A stretch of DNA of 64,000 bases from an uncultured Rickettsiales bacterium (GCA_964467255.1 CAYXPR010000001.1:173163-237162), one strand, 5' to 3'. Positions 35,722 through 49,845 are shown, counted from the first letter of the stretch. Numbers and translations: made by a program. The notes: a model not told the origin generated them from the letters alone.

Positions 35722-36654
35722 GTGTACTATAATCAGGCTATGGCAAAACGTTACTCTTCGCTGCTGAATGTGATTCTTCCCGTGCTGGTATCCGGCATGG
35801 TGCTGGCGGCGTGCAGCACTACCGACAAAGAAGATGCAGCAGTCACATTGCCCGCCGAAGAGCTTTATGCCATCGGGACGGAAGCTATTTCCGATAAGAA
35901 GTTTAAAACGGCAGCCGAAAATCTACTCGATATTGAGAAGAATTACCCGTATTCACCGCTGGCTGCGAAGGGGCAGGTGATGGCCGCGTTTGCGTATTAC
36001 CGTGACCAAGAATATGACGATGCGATTGATTTGATTGAGCGCTTCGTGAAGGTGAACCCAGGGCATAAAGACACGCCGTATATGTATTACCTGCGCGCGC
36101 TGTCATATTACGAACGCATTGCCGACGTGCGCCGTGACCAGAGAATGACTGAAATGGCGCAAGCCGCGCTGAATGACGTGATGTTGCGTTACCCTGAAAG
36201 CGATTATGCGCGTGATGCTAAATTGAAGCTTGATCTGGTGCGCGACCACCTTGCGGGCAAGCAGATGGAAATCGGCCGCTTTTATCAAAAGAATGGCCGC
36301 TACATTGCTGCCATTAACCGCTTTAAAGATGTGGTGAAGAATTACGAGACCACCAGCCACGCGCAAGAAGCGCTCTACCGCCTTGCGGAAGTGTATCTGG
36401 CGATGGGAGTGAAGGATGAAGCAAAGAAATATGCGGCCGTGCTGGGCCATAACTACCCTGGCAGCAAATGGTATCAATATGCCTACACGCTGGTGGAAAA
36501 AGGCTCGAACTCGCCGGTGAAAACAAAATCCTCGTGGATTTCAGAAGCACTCACCTTTGAACAACGCGAAGACACCAGCCAGTGCGAAGCAGATGACGAC
36601 GCCTGCTTCACCGATAAAAAAGGTTTGTTTGATAAAGTGGGTGACTGGTTTTAA
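35722..36654 (+). CDS. bamD: Outer membrane protein assembly factor BamD (YfiO) lipoprotein
   Basis: Signal peptide with lipobox (VLAAC), then TPR-like repeats (AEELYAIGTEAISDKKFKTAAENLLDIEKNYPYSPLA...). The start is GTG 35722 or ATG 35740. Confidence 0.85.
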   Translation: MYYNQAMAKRYSSLLNVILPVLVSGMVLAACSTTDKEDAAVTLPAEELYAIGTEAISDKKFKTAAENLLDIEKNYPYSPLAAKGQVMAAFAYYRDQEYDDAIDLIERFVKVNPGHKDTPYMYYLRALSYYERIADVRRDQRMTEMAQAALNDVMLRYPESDYARDAKLKLDLVRDHLAGKQMEIGRFYQKNGRYIAAINRFKDVVKNYETTSHAQEALYRLAEVYLAMGVKDEAKKYAAVLGHNYPGSKWYQYAYTLVEKGSNSPVKTKSSWISEALTFEQREDTSQCEADDDACFTDKKGLFDKVGDWF

Positions 36655-36689
36655 CCGCACCTCTTAATCTGTTTTAAGAAACGGAACCG

Positions 36690-40445
<3,756 letters not shown>

Positions 40446-40446
<1 letters not shown>

Positions 40447-42203
40447 TGGACAAGCTGAAGCTGCTGCGTGCAGAAATGAAGAAGCACAAAGTGCAGGGCT
40501 TCATCGTGCCTTCCAGCGACGAATTTCAGGGTGAATATGTGCCGCCATCAGGCAAGCGTCTGTTCTGGCTCACGGGGTTTGATGGTTCCGCCGGAACCGC
40601 TGTGGTGCTGGATAAAAAAGCGGCCTTCTTCACTGACGGGCGCTACACGCTGCAAGCGGAAAAGCAACTGAAAGACCAGCCTTACGCTATTTTAAACACT
40701 GCTGAAAAAAGCACCGCCGACTGGCTGAAGGAAGAAGCCAAGGGCACAATAGGTTATGACCCATGGCTACACACGCCGCGCCAGATTCGCCGTTTAGAGG
40801 CGTTCGCCAAGCAAGGCGATTTTGAATTAAAGCCCGTGCCGAATCTGGTAGATGCGGTGTGGAAGGGCCGCCCTGCCTTTCCACAAGCGCCTGCTGTGGT
40901 GCATGAAGAGCGCTATGCGGGCAAAGCCTCGCTCGACAAGCGTCGCGATGTGGTGGGTGTTCTAAAAGAAAAGAAAGCCGCCGCTGTGTTGCTGACCGCG
41001 CCGGATTCCATTTGTTGGCTTTTGAACATCCGCGGCAGCGACGTGCCGCGCACGCCGTTTTTGCTCAGCTACGCGCTGGTGATGGCAACAGGCCGTGTGG
41101 TGCTGTTTGCTCCGCCGAAAAAAATCACGAAAGAAGTGCGCAAACATTTAGGCGCTGCGGTGCAAGTGTTACCGCTGGAAGGCAAGGCTATTAAAGCGGA
41201 ACTTGCCAAGCTGAAGGGCAAGCGCGTGATGGTGGACGCAAACATGGCGGCTAGCTGGTTTACCGACACGATGAAACAATGCGGCGTAAAGGCGCTGGAG
41301 GTGGATGATCCTTGCCAATTGCCGAAGGCGTGCAAGAACCCCGTGGAGCTAACAGGCATGCGCCGCGCGCACCAGCGCGACGGGCTGGCGGTGGTGAAGT
41401 GCCTCTATTGGATTGAGAAGAACTTCCGCAAAGGGAATATCAGCGAATTGGAAATCGCCACGAAGCTGGAAGGCTTTCGCCGTGAAAGCGACATGCTGAA
41501 AGATTTGAGTTTCGACACGATTGCGGGTTTTGGTTCAAATGGTGCGATTGTGCATTACCGCGCCACGGAAGAGAGCGCCAAAACCTTAAAGGACGGCAAT
41601 TTGCTGCTGCTGGATTCCGGCGGGCAATATCTGGATGGCACGACGGACATCACGCGTACGGTGGCGGTGGGCAAACCGAAGGCCGAGCATAAAGAGCATT
41701 TCACGCGTGTGCTGAAAGGGCATATTGCGCTGGCGCGTGCGCGCTTCCCCGAAGGCACGGCGGGTGGGCAGCTGGATATATTGGCGAGGAACAGTCTGTG
41801 GCAGGTGGGGCTCGATTACGACCACGGTACTGGCCACGGCGTGGGGAGCTATCTAAGTGTGCATGAAGGGCCGCAGCGCATCAGCCGCACTAGCGACGTG
41901 CCCTTAAAAGAAGGCATGATTCTTTCCAACGAACCGGGTTACTACGAAACGGGCAGTCACGGCATCCGCATCGAGAACCTTGTGGCGGTGCGCGAAAGCA
42001 AACAATCGGGCGGCAAACGCTTCTTTGAATTTGAGACACTGACCGCAGCCCCATTTGACCAGCGGCTTATTGATAAAAAAATGCTTGAAACATATGAAAT
42101 ACAATGGATTAATGTTTACCACCGCCATGTGTATGAAGCCTTGGCTGCACGCCTGCCGCGCCCCGAGCGCCAGTGGCTGAAAAAGGCGACCCGCCCACTG
42201 TAG
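40446..42203 (+). CDS. Aminopeptidase P family (M24B, Xaa-Pro) protein
   Basis: Creatinase-like N-terminal domains, plus the M24 catalytic motifs DSGGQYLDGTTDITRT, HGTGHGVG and SNEPGYY. I prefer the ATG at 40446 (MDKLKLL), which overlaps the ligA TGA. The track ORF starts at 40419. Confidence 0.88.
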
Positions 42204-42224
42204 TTCCGTTTTAAGTGATTTTCG

Positions 42225-42252
42225 TTGACAATGCAGCGCTTACCACTATATT
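42225..42252 (+). promoter_or_regulatory. Putative sigma-70 promoter of rplU-rpmA
   Basis: TTGACA (42225..42230), a 16-nt spacer, then TATATT (42247..42252), ~70 nt upstream of the rplU ATG. Confidence 0.5.
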
Positions 42253-42321
42253 TACCGTTCCCTGCGCCGGAAACTAGCGCATGAAAATTATTTAAACCAT
42301 TGAAATATAGAAGATTTAGCC

Positions 42322-42753
42322 ATGTTTGCAGTCGTACGTTATGGTGCCAAGCAATACAAAGTACAGAAAGACGATGTACTGAAGCTTGAGCGTGTTGAAG
42401 GTGATGAAGGTGCCGTAGTGGTGCTGGAAGATGTATTGGCCTCAGGCGATGCATCTGGCCTTAAAATCGGTGCCAAAGTGAAGGTGGCCGTGGAAATCCT
42501 CGGTCAGGCAAAAGATGAAAAGAAAATCATCTTCAAAAAGCGCCGCCGCCAGAATTACCGCCGTACGCGTGGTCACCGCCAGCAGGTAACGTGGGTAAAA
42601 GTGCAAGACATTGGCGAAAACGTGCAAGCGAAAGCTGCACCTGCCGAAAAGAAGCAGAAAAAAGAAGCTGCTGCCCCCGCTAAAAAAGCGGAAGCAAAGC
42701 CAGCCGAAGCAAAGAAAACCGCGGCCAAAAAGCCAGCGGCCAAAAAAGAATAG
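42322..42753 (+). CDS. rplU: 50S ribosomal protein L21 with a K/A/P/E-rich C-terminal extension
   Basis: MFAVVRYGAKQYKV start. The last ~45 residues are AKAAPAEKKQKKEAAAPAKKAEAKPAEAKKTAAKKPAAKKE. Confidence 0.95.
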   Translation: MFAVVRYGAKQYKVQKDDVLKLERVEGDEGAVVVLEDVLASGDASGLKIGAKVKVAVEILGQAKDEKKIIFKKRRRQNYRRTRGHRQQVTWVKVQDIGENVQAKAAPAEKKQKKEAAAPAKKAEAKPAEAKKTAAKKPAAKKE

Positions 42754-42768
42754 TTAGGGAGATAAACC

Positions 42769-43029
42769 ATGGCACATAAAAAAGCAGGTGGTAGTTCCAG
42801 GAACGGTCGTGATTCCGCTGGTAGAAGGCTTGGCGTGAAAAAATGGGGTGGTCAGGATGTAATTCCGGGCAACATTATCGTGCGTCAGCGCGGTACGAAA
42901 TTTAAGCCGCTCGCCAATGTTGGCCTCGGCAAAGACCATACGATTTTCGCCGTGGTGGAAGGCAAAGTGAAGTTCACCACCAAGGCAAATGATCGCGTTT
43001 ACGTTTCCGTAGTGCCCACAAAGGCATAA
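42769..43029 (+). CDS. rpmA: 50S ribosomal protein L27
   Basis: [24 protein letters not shown] start. 86 aa. Confidence 0.96.
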   Translation: MAHKKAGGSSRNGRDSAGRRLGVKKWGGQDVIPGNIIVRQRGTKFKPLANVGLGKDHTIFAVVEGKVKFTTKANDRVYVSVVPTKA

Positions 43030-43051
43030 GCGCGAACGAACCGACAGGTAG

Positions 43052-43083
43052 AAGGGGATGGATGGCTGCCATCCCCTTTTTTT
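43052..43083 (+). terminator. Rho-independent terminator after rpmA
   Basis: AAGGGGATGG-atggctg-CCATCCCCTTTTTTT: a 10-bp stem and a 7-T run. Confidence 0.85.
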
Positions 43084-43117
43084 ATGGAGAAACTGCTATT
43101 CGTGGCATCTAGCGGCC

Positions 43118-43178
43118 TTTTAAAAACTTCCGCTGCTCACGTACTTTTAAGTACGTTGCGCGGCGGCTTCGTTAAAAG
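43118..43178. repeat. Palindromic intergenic repeat, copy 2 (first copy at 10916..10972)
   Basis: Sequence is TTTTAAAAACTTCCGCTGCTCACGTACTTTTAAGTACGTTGCGCGGCGGCTTCGTTAAAAG. It has the same ordered blocks as copy 1. Inner arm is ACGTAC/GTACGT; outer arm is CCGCTGC/GCGGCGG. Confidence 0.7.
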
Positions 43179-43225
43179 CCCACTATCTGCACAAGACTAG
43201 CAGTTTCAAGAAACAAAGATGCGTT

Positions 43226-44263
43226 ATGCAGTTTATTGATGAAGTAAAAATATTCGTGAAGAGCGGTGATGGCGGGCAGGGCTGCGTCAGCTTTTTGCGT
43301 GCGGCGAATATGCCGCTCGGCGGGCCGGACGGCGGCGATGGCGGCCGTGGCGGCAGCGTAATTTTAGAATGCGTGCAGGGCCTGAACACGCTCATCGACT
43401 TCCGCTACACCCAGCACTTCAAAGCCAAAAAAGGCGGGCAGGGCATGGGCAAACAGCGCACGGGTGAGTCCGGCGAAGACCTTATTATCAAAGTACCCGC
43501 AGGCACACAGGTGTTTGACGAAAGCGGCGAAGAGCTGGTGATCGACATGACGCATGTGGGGCAACGCATCATCCTTGCGAAGGGTGGTGATGGCGGCCTT
43601 GGCAACTTGCATTTTAAAACGTCAACCAACCGTGCGCCGCGAAAAGCTACACCAGGTTGGCCCGGAAATGAGAAGTGGTTATGGCTTCGCCTGAAGCTGC
43701 TTTCTGATGCTGGTTTGGTGGGTATGCCGAACGCAGGCAAATCGACTTTCCTTAGCAAAGTTTCGCGCGCAAAACCGAAGATTGCTGACTACCCGTTTAC
43801 CACACTCAAGCCACAGCTTGGGGTGGTGTATGTGGACGAGAAGGAATTTGTGCTGGCGGACATTCCCGGCCTTATCGAGGGGGCGCATGAAGGCCTCGGT
43901 TTGGGCGATAGATTTTTGAAACATGTGGAGCGCTGCGGGGTGCTGCTGCACCTGATTGACGGCACGCTGGACGATGTGGCGAAGGCGTATAAAACCATTC
44001 GCCACGAGCTGGAGCAATACAGCGATTTATTAATTGATAAACAGGAAATTATCGCAATTAATAAATGTGATGCATTAACAGACGATGTGATTGCAAAAAA
44101 GAAAAAAGCGCTCGAAAAAGCAACCAAGAAAAAAGTGCACACGATTTCCACCGCCAGCGGTCAAGGTTTAGAACCCGTGCTGCGTGAGTTGTATAAAAAC
44201 ATCAAAGCATTCCGCGCGGAAAACGCGCCCGAGCCGCTGGCGGAATTTGCTGAAAAAGACTAA
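43226..44263 (+). CDS. obg: GTPase Obg/CgtA
   Basis: [23 protein letters not shown] Obg fold. G motifs [18 protein letters not shown] and NKCD. Confidence 0.95.
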   Translation: MQFIDEVKIFVKSGDGGQGCVSFLRAANMPLGGPDGGDGGRGGSVILECVQGLNTLIDFRYTQHFKAKKGGQGMGKQRTGESGEDLIIKVPAGTQVFDESGEELVIDMTHVGQRIILAKGGDGGLGNLHFKTSTNRAPRKATPGWPGNEKWLWLRLKLLSDAGLVGMPNAGKSTFLSKVSRAKPKIADYPFTTLKPQLGVVYVDEKEFVLADIPGLIEGAHEGLGLGDRFLKHVERCGVLLHLIDGTLDDVAKAYKTIRHELEQYSDLLIDKQEIIAINKCDALTDDVIAKKKKALEKATKKKVHTISTASGQGLEPVLRELYKNIKAFRAENAPEPLAEFAEKD

Positions 44264-44268
44264 TCAGT

Positions 44269-45099
44269 CTAAACAATCTTTAATTGCGTGTTATTGACGT
44301 TCGGCACTGCGCCGGCGGCTTGCTCGAGCGCTTCGCTTTCTAAATGTGCAATAGCGACATTGCCCGAGACGGAGCACAGCTCTCCAATCTGTTTTTCATT
44401 TAAGCTTACAGACGTGCCTTTGGCGGGTAAGTTTGCATCCGCTTTTACACTGTAAGAAAGACGGCGAACCGTGCCGCGATGTTTGGTGCGTGCGGTGACT
44501 TCCTGCCCCACATAGCAACCTTTGTTAAAATCAATCGCGCCAAGTTCATCCATCCGGAACTGGAGCGGGAATGATTTTTCGGCATCCATGTCGTTACTAT
44601 CCGGCACGCCGAGCAGTATGCGGTGTGTGTTGTAAGCTGCAAGGCTGCTTTCTGTGAGGCCAAGTGATTCAAGATGTTTCGCGCCTTCGCTTTGCATAAG
44701 CATGGCGCGAGAGCCCAGTTCTTTTTTGCGCGGGTCGGTATACACAATGCCGTGGGCGGATTGTTCCGGCGCGGCTTCGCCAGTGATGGCGTAGCAGGCA
44801 AGTGCGCTGGCATCCGCGATTTCGACTTTCGAGCGCAGGCGATACATGGCAAGACGCTTCATGAGTGCATCTTTGCGCTCGGCATCTACATCCAGCAGAA
44901 TGCTGCCGTCACCAGCCTCTACCACAAACATATCGAAATAAAATTTACCCTGCGGTGTGAGCATCAGCGCATAGAGCGGCTGCGTGGGTGAAAGCTTGGT
45001 GATGTCGTTCGTGACGATGCCTTGCAGGAAGGTTTTTGCGTCCTCGCCATTTAAGGCCAGCACCGTGCGTGATGGGAGTGGAGTATAGGTACTGCTCAT
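44269..45099 (-). CDS. ygfZ: Folate-binding YgfZ-family protein (GcvT-like)
   Basis: 276 aa with the diagnostic KGCYVGQEV motif and a GcvT-like N-terminus (LNGEDAKTFLQGIVTNDI). Confidence 0.8.
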   Translation of the reverse strand: MSSTYTPLPSRTVLALNGEDAKTFLQGIVTNDITKLSPTQPLYALMLTPQGKFYFDMFVVEAGDGSILLDVDAERKDALMKRLAMYRLRSKVEIADASALACYAITGEAAPEQSAHGIVYTDPRKKELGSRAMLMQSEGAKHLESLGLTESSLAAYNTHRILLGVPDSNDMDAEKSFPLQFRMDELGAIDFNKGCYVGQEVTARTKHRGTVRRLSYSVKADANLPAKGTSVSLNEKQIGELCSVSGNVAIAHLESEALEQAAGAVPNVNNTQLKIV

Positions 45100-46157
45100 T
45101 ATGCTGCCTCGTGCAGTGAAACAATGTTGTGTAAGGCCGCTTCAATTCTTTGGGACACGATAGGCATATTGTAATTCGCCTTTACCGTTTCAAGCCCTGC
45201 TTTGGCGATGCGTGATGCATTGATGGAATCCACCACCATGCCGGCGATGGTGTCTGCCAGCGCTTGGGCATTGCCTTTGGGCGTGATGAGCGCGTTTTTG
45301 CCATGCGTGGCGATTTCCACAGGCCCTTCGCTGTCGGTGGTGACAACGGGTACGCCATGCGCAAAGGCTTCAATCAACACAATGCCGAACGGTTCATGCA
45401 GCGAGGGCAGCACGAAAATATCGAGGCTTTCAAAGAAATTGCCTTTGTCTTTCACCCAGCCGAGGAAAGTGAGTTGGTCGATTACGCCCTTGGCTTTTGC
45501 CAGCGCCAGCAATTTGCTTTTTTCTGCACCGGTGCCACCGAGTACGGCGTTAAATGGAATATGCCGCTCTTTTAAAATGGCGAGTGCCTGAATGAAATCG
45601 GCAAAGCCCTTCTTTTCGACAAAGCGCCCCATGCTGCCGATGGTAACGGGCAGGCGCAGCGCCTTGCGCGGCGTAATGCCAGCGGGCAGGCGAATCATGT
45701 TCGGCATGTGGTACACAGCTTCTTTTGGCTGACCGAGTTCAACCGCTTTTTTAGCAATATCGTTCGTGATGGCAAAAATAGCGGTGCTGCCAACAAGGCG
45801 CGCGATGGAGTAATTATGCGCGAGGCTTACCACCGGAAAACTTTTCCCCGCCGCTTTCCGAAGCAGCGATGATGCGCGCCCCCCATGTGTGATGATGGCG
45901 CTGGGTTTGAGTGCCGCAAGCTTGCGGTTGAGCTGCGCGACGGCAAACATATCCCACAGGCCAAAATTGCGGAAAGGCACGATGCGCGTTTTGGGGAATT
46001 GTTTTTTGAGGGCCTGCGCCTGCGGCATAACCTTCGCGTCGGGCCTGAGGATAAGCGTAACCTCATGACCGCGCTCTAGCAGCGCTTCGGCGTAATCAAT
46101 AAATGCTTGCTCGATGCCGCCAAGGCCGCGGCCAAACATTGCATTAACAATGTGCAT
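45099..46157 (-). CDS. Glycosyltransferase, GT4 family (GT-B fold)
   Basis: 352 aa. N-terminus GGIEQAFIDY; C-terminal FVLPSLHEPFGIVLIEAFAHGVPVVTTDSEGP (E-x7-E type motif). The substrate is not inferable. Confidence 0.8.
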   Translation of the reverse strand: MHIVNAMFGRGLGGIEQAFIDYAEALLERGHEVTLILRPDAKVMPQAQALKKQFPKTRIVPFRNFGLWDMFAVAQLNRKLAALKPSAIITHGGRASSLLRKAAGKSFPVVSLAHNYSIARLVGSTAIFAITNDIAKKAVELGQPKEAVYHMPNMIRLPAGITPRKALRLPVTIGSMGRFVEKKGFADFIQALAILKERHIPFNAVLGGTGAEKSKLLALAKAKGVIDQLTFLGWVKDKGNFFESLDIFVLPSLHEPFGIVLIEAFAHGVPVVTTDSEGPVEIATHGKNALITPKGNAQALADTIAGMVVDSINASRIAKAGLETVKANYNMPIVSQRIEAALHNIVSLHEAA

Positions 46158-46205
46158 AATCTGCTTTCAGGAATGTTAGGGAAGGAAGGCTAGCGGAGCG
46201 GGAGA

Positions 46206-46469
46206 TTACTGTAAATAAAATTCCCCTTTGGCGACCACCAATTCGGATGGTTTGATGAGCTCTACCTTTGCCACCTTCACGGAATGTAGGCGACCTTCAA
46301 TGCTGCGCTCCCAGAAGTTCAGGAAGCGTTTCAGCTCCGGAAATTCGGGTGACTGGTCGTAATCCTGCCAGACATAGGTTTGCAGCAAACTCGGAAAATC
46401 AGGAAAATGATAAAGGATTTCGGCGGTGGTGAGCCGATAATCGCGCAGCATGAGCTCAATAGACTTCAT
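46206..46469 (-). CDS. usg: Usg-like family protein
   Basis: 87 aa. LRDYRLTTAEILYHFPDFPSLLQTYVWQDYDQSPEFPELKRFLNFW closely matches the alphaproteobacterial Usg family as I recall it. Good SD (GGAGG). Confidence 0.75.
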   Translation of the reverse strand: MKSIELMLRDYRLTTAEILYHFPDFPSLLQTYVWQDYDQSPEFPELKRFLNFWERSIEGRLHSVKVAKVELIKPSELVVAKGEFYLQ

Positions 46470-46552
46470 AAGTAAATAACCTCCGATACTACCTGTATCA
46501 AACAGCTATATGGTAACACGGTTTAGTGAAAAAATCACTAGGCAGGTGTGAT

Positions 46553-47233
46553 TTAAGCTAGCTGCAGGTGGCGCTGGATAAAGGCGAGGGCGATGTCGAT
46601 GCCCCCTTGGTCGATGCCATGCGCCACATTCGGGCGGGCATGCGTTTCAACTTTAACACCTTCTTTTTCAAGGGATTTTTTTGCCCGTTCCATTAGGTAA
46701 AACGGCACGACAGGATCTTCCTCGCCATGCAGCAGGCAGATGGGCGGACGGCAGGTGATTTCGCTGGCGAGCAAGTCTGCCCCTAGTAAGGCACCGGAAA
46801 AGCCGATAATGACCGCCGGAGGGGACTTACGGCGTAACCCCACATGCAGTGCCATCATGGTGCCTTGCGAAAAACCAATCAGAATCAGGTCTTTTTCATG
46901 CAGGCCGAAATGTTTCAATTTTTCATCGAGGAATTTTTGGAGCAGTGGAGCGGAGTGTTTCGCGCCTTCAAAACGCCCAGCTTGGTCGAAGGCGAGTTTC
47001 ATGTCCTGCTGTGCATATTCTTTCAGGCTAAACCACTGATAACCGAACGGTGCCATATCGAACACCTCGGGTGCGTTGGGGGAAATAAAATGCGCATCCG
47101 GTAGCTTAGCGGCCATTTCATAGGCAAGGCCAATCAGGTCGTTGCCGTCTGCGCCCACACCATGCAGGAATACAACGAGCTGCTTTGGCTTTCCACCAGA
47201 GGAAGGCTTTAGTTCCGGGCCGGAGAGGGGCAT
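46553..47233 (-). CDS. Alpha/beta hydrolase, phospholipase/carboxylesterase family
   Basis: 226 aa. LVVFLHGVGADGND, the nucleophile elbow GFSQG, and LLHGEEDPVVP plus a downstream His. Confidence 0.85.
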   Translation of the reverse strand: MPLSGPELKPSSGGKPKQLVVFLHGVGADGNDLIGLAYEMAAKLPDAHFISPNAPEVFDMAPFGYQWFSLKEYAQQDMKLAFDQAGRFEGAKHSAPLLQKFLDEKLKHFGLHEKDLILIGFSQGTMMALHVGLRRKSPPAVIIGFSGALLGADLLASEITCRPPICLLHGEEDPVVPFYLMERAKKSLEKEGVKVETHARPNVAHGIDQGGIDIALAFIQRHLQLA

Positions 47234-47236
47234 GTT

Positions 47237-47665
47237 TTATTTTCCTTTTTCAACAGTCGTGGAGCGGCTGAAGAAATTATGCAAGGTTTGCCCGGAAAGC
47301 AAGCCGAGAAAGCCATAGAGGCCCGAGACCAAGAAATAAGCGGCAATGCCGGTGCGGAGTGCGCCCTGCGGAACGTTCAGCCCCAGCGCGGTGAAACCCT
47401 GGTGTGCAAGCAGCGCGAAGAAGAAATGTCCGACAAGGAACAGAGACGTGCCAATCCATGCGATTTTACGCTCCATGCGGAGGCCCACGACCAGTGCTTC
47501 AGTGATACCCATCATGACAATAAAAGGAAGGCAGCGCAGCACAATGCCAAGAATGGGGGAGTCCTGAAGAAAGGAGGTTCCGGCAATCAGCAGTGCCAGC
47601 ACCACGAATAAGATAGAGTCAGCGTGCAGCACCGTGTAGGTTTTTTTAATCGGTCTTCCGCCCAT
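47237..47665 (-). CDS. Hypothetical integral membrane protein (about four TM helices)
   Basis: 142 aa, strongly hydrophobic, no family recognised. The start overlaps the xerD 3-prime end by 20 nt, so an internal start is possible. Confidence 0.5.
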   Translation of the reverse strand: MGGRPIKKTYTVLHADSILFVVLALLIAGTSFLQDSPILGIVLRCLPFIVMMGITEALVVGLRMERKIAWIGTSLFLVGHFFFALLAHQGFTALGLNVPQGALRTGIAAYFLVSGLYGFLGLLSGQTLHNFFSRSTTVEKGK

Positions 47666-48614
47666 CGTTCGTTCCTTTCGCCATGTTTTTACTGGCCAGT
47701 GGATGCGCCTGATTCACCACGGAGTGTAAACGATTGCCAGAAAGATGTGTATAAATTTGTGTGGTGGAGATGTCGGCATGGCCCAGCAATTCTTGTAGCA
47801 CACGCAGGTCAGCGCCGTGTTCCAACATGTGGCTGGCAAACGAATGGCGCAGCACGTGCGGCGAAACTTTTGCCGGATCGATATTGGCGTTTATCGCGAG
47901 TTCTTTTAACAATTGGCCGAGGCGCTGGCGGGTGAGGTGGCCTTCCTTGCTGTTTGACGGAAACAGCCACGGCGAGAAGCTGTCGTTGGTAAATGTTTCC
48001 CGCACCGATAAATAATTGGAAAGTGCTGTGATGGCAGATTCATTAAGCGGTGCGATGCGCTCTTTGCTGCCCTTGCCGCGAATGAGCAGATAAGGCCGAA
48101 GTTCGCCCTCTTTGCCGCCCGCACGTTCCAGTGCGGAGAGTTTAAGCTCCACAAGTTCAGACACACGCAGGCCGGAAGCATAGAGCATCTCGAGCAGTGC
48201 GCTGAGGCGCACGCCTTCGGCAGAAGTGTTTTTCTGCGCGGTGGCAAGCAGTGCCAGTGTTTCTTTTTCGGTAAGGTATTTGGGTAGATTGCGCCCACGC
48301 TTGGGGCTTTCGAAATTGAGCGATGGGTTGTCGGCGCGATAATTTTCCGTTGCAAGAAACAGAAAAAACTGGCGGAGGGCAGAGAGTTTGCGTGCGCTGC
48401 TGGTGGCGGCAATACCAGAGGCAGAAAGCTGGCGCATATAAGCGGCGATGTCATCCGCCGCTGCGACCTCTGCGGTTTTTGTTTTGAGAAAGGTGAGGAA
48501 GTCGCGCAAGTCGCGGCGATAAGAGCTGAGTGTGTGTTTGGATGCACCGCGCTCTGCTGCCATCATCTCGAGGAATGCTTCCAGCAGATGGTGGCGTGGT
48601 GCAGTGTTACTCAT
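47646..48614 (-). CDS. xerD: Site-specific tyrosine recombinase XerD
   Basis: N-terminal SAM-like domain (FLEMMAAERGASKHTLSSYRRDL) and catalytic C-terminus (RHSFASHMLEHGADLRVLQELLGHADISTTQIYTH). I prefer the ATG at 48614 (MSNTAPRH), which overlaps the upstream stop by 8 nt. The track ORF starts at 48665. Confidence 0.9.
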   Translation of the reverse strand: MSNTAPRHHLLEAFLEMMAAERGASKHTLSSYRRDLRDFLTFLKTKTAEVAAADDIAAYMRQLSASGIAATSSARKLSALRQFFLFLATENYRADNPSLNFESPKRGRNLPKYLTEKETLALLATAQKNTSAEGVRLSALLEMLYASGLRVSELVELKLSALERAGGKEGELRPYLLIRGKGSKERIAPLNESAITALSNYLSVRETFTNDSFSPWLFPSNSKEGHLTRQRLGQLLKELAINANIDPAKVSPHVLRHSFASHMLEHGADLRVLQELLGHADISTTQIYTHLSGNRLHSVVNQAHPLASKNMAKGTNDGRKTD

Positions 48615-49836
48615 TTTTCGGCTCGAAATAGTAAATAGCTTCAGTGGCGATATGTTCCGCTTCATCTTTTAAGCCCACGCGGTTTAAGGCACGGATAACG
48701 CGGGCGGCGGTGTAGGCATCGGCCTTGCCGGGGCCATTTTCACCCAGCGCTACTAGCGCCAGCAATGCGGTTTCGCCAATCTTTTTTTCAGAAGCGGCTT
48801 TATCAAGCTTTGTAATCAACGCAGCGAGCGGTGAGTTAGGGTCAGGTGAGGGAATATCGCGCAGCGGTAGTGGTTGCCATGCGGCAGGTGGCAGGCGCAA
48901 ACCAAGGCTTTCCATCAGCACGAAGCTGCGCAGTGCGTAGGCAGCTTTGGTGGTTTCGGAAAGGCTATGTGGTGTTTTCCACCATGCTTCTATCCGGTCG
49001 GGCTTCCACTCGGCGCGGTAGCTCTTGCCCATAACCATCATGGGGTAAAGCAGCCCCATGTTTTCAACCATCAGCGCATGGTTGGCGGCGGGCAGTGTGA
49101 AACCCGCGGCCAGCAGCATAGGGACTTCCAGAATGTTTTGCGTTTCAATGGCAGGCAGTGGTGATGTGGGTTCTTCGGGCGTACGTGCCTTGATGCGCTC
49201 AAGTAATGTGCGATACGGAATGTTGCAGCAGGTGAGCAGGATGGGTTTTTTTTCAATTTCTTCCAGCAGTTTGAGCGCAAGCTCGGCTTCGTCGTATTTA
49301 CCTTGCACGGCAAGGCACAGCACGTTTGCACGCGGCCAGAAATTGCTTTGGTAACGCTGAATGCCTTCTGTTGTGGCGGCGCAGCCCGCAGCATAGTCCT
49401 TTGCGCGCAGCAGCGCGGCGACACGGGTTTGTTCGGTGGCTTCATTCTTTTTTTCAGGCGGCATTAAGGCGATGAAATCATCCAGTGACTTACCCACACC
49501 CAGCTGCACAATATGCTTTAGGCGGATGTCGACCATGGATTTATCTTCCGGAAGGCCCGCAGGTGGGCGTGCCTTGGTGAGCAGTACGCGCTGCATCAGT
49601 TGTTTCATGGCGGGGGAGTGTGTGCCGGATGGAAGTGCTTCCAGTAGCGAGATAATGGCGCCGCCATCGCTGCCATACCACATGTCATCAGCCAGACCAC
49701 CATTGGTGCTGTCGAGCACGCCGATGCTTTCTGCGGTCAGGTCGATTTTTTTCTTCGCCTCTTTAGTGGGGGCGGCTGCGGCAGCAAAATCTGCCAGAGC
49801 AATCAGGCAAAAAAGCGTGATGCAAATAAAGCGCAT
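48607..49836 (-). CDS. Secreted hypothetical protein (409 aa, signal peptide, helical-repeat-like)
   Basis: N-terminus MRFICITLFCLIALADFAAAAAP reads as a signal peptide. The rest is Leu/Ala-rich and helical in appearance. No domain recognised. Confidence 0.65.
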   Translation of the reverse strand: MRFICITLFCLIALADFAAAAAPTKEAKKKIDLTAESIGVLDSTNGGLADDMWYGSDGGAIISLLEALPSGTHSPAMKQLMQRVLLTKARPPAGLPEDKSMVDIRLKHIVQLGVGKSLDDFIALMPPEKKNEATEQTRVAALLRAKDYAAGCAATTEGIQRYQSNFWPRANVLCLAVQGKYDEAELALKLLEEIEKKPILLTCCNIPYRTLLERIKARTPEEPTSPLPAIETQNILEVPMLLAAGFTLPAANHALMVENMGLLYPMMVMGKSYRAEWKPDRIEAWWKTPHSLSETTKAAYALRSFVLMESLGLRLPPAAWQPLPLRDIPSPDPNSPLAALITKLDKAASEKKIGETALLALVALGENGPGKADAYTAARVIRALNRVGLKDEAEHIATEAIYYFEPKNE

Positions 49837-49845
49837 CGCGATTAC

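Noticed and set aside
35728-35742. A TATAAT hexamer 7 nt upstream of the bamD ATG at 35740, suggesting a leaderless mRNA.
   Set aside because: There is no convincing -35. An upstream in-frame GTG (35722) with a GGGAA SD-like sequence explains the gene start equally well. This cannot be resolved without TSS data.
46525-46552. A small hairpin with a T-run (minus strand AATCACacctgcctaGTGATTTTTT) after the esterase gene.
   Set aside because: The stem is only 5 bp and AT-rich, too weak to call a terminator with confidence. The usg gene immediately downstream may be co-transcribed.
47646-48614. The tyrosine recombinase as a marker of an integrated mobile element.
   Set aside because: The sequence is a canonical XerD (N-terminal SAM-like domain plus the RHSFA...HADISTTQIYTH core), embedded in a housekeeping context. 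There are no att-like repeats, tRNA, or phage or transposon genes nearby.
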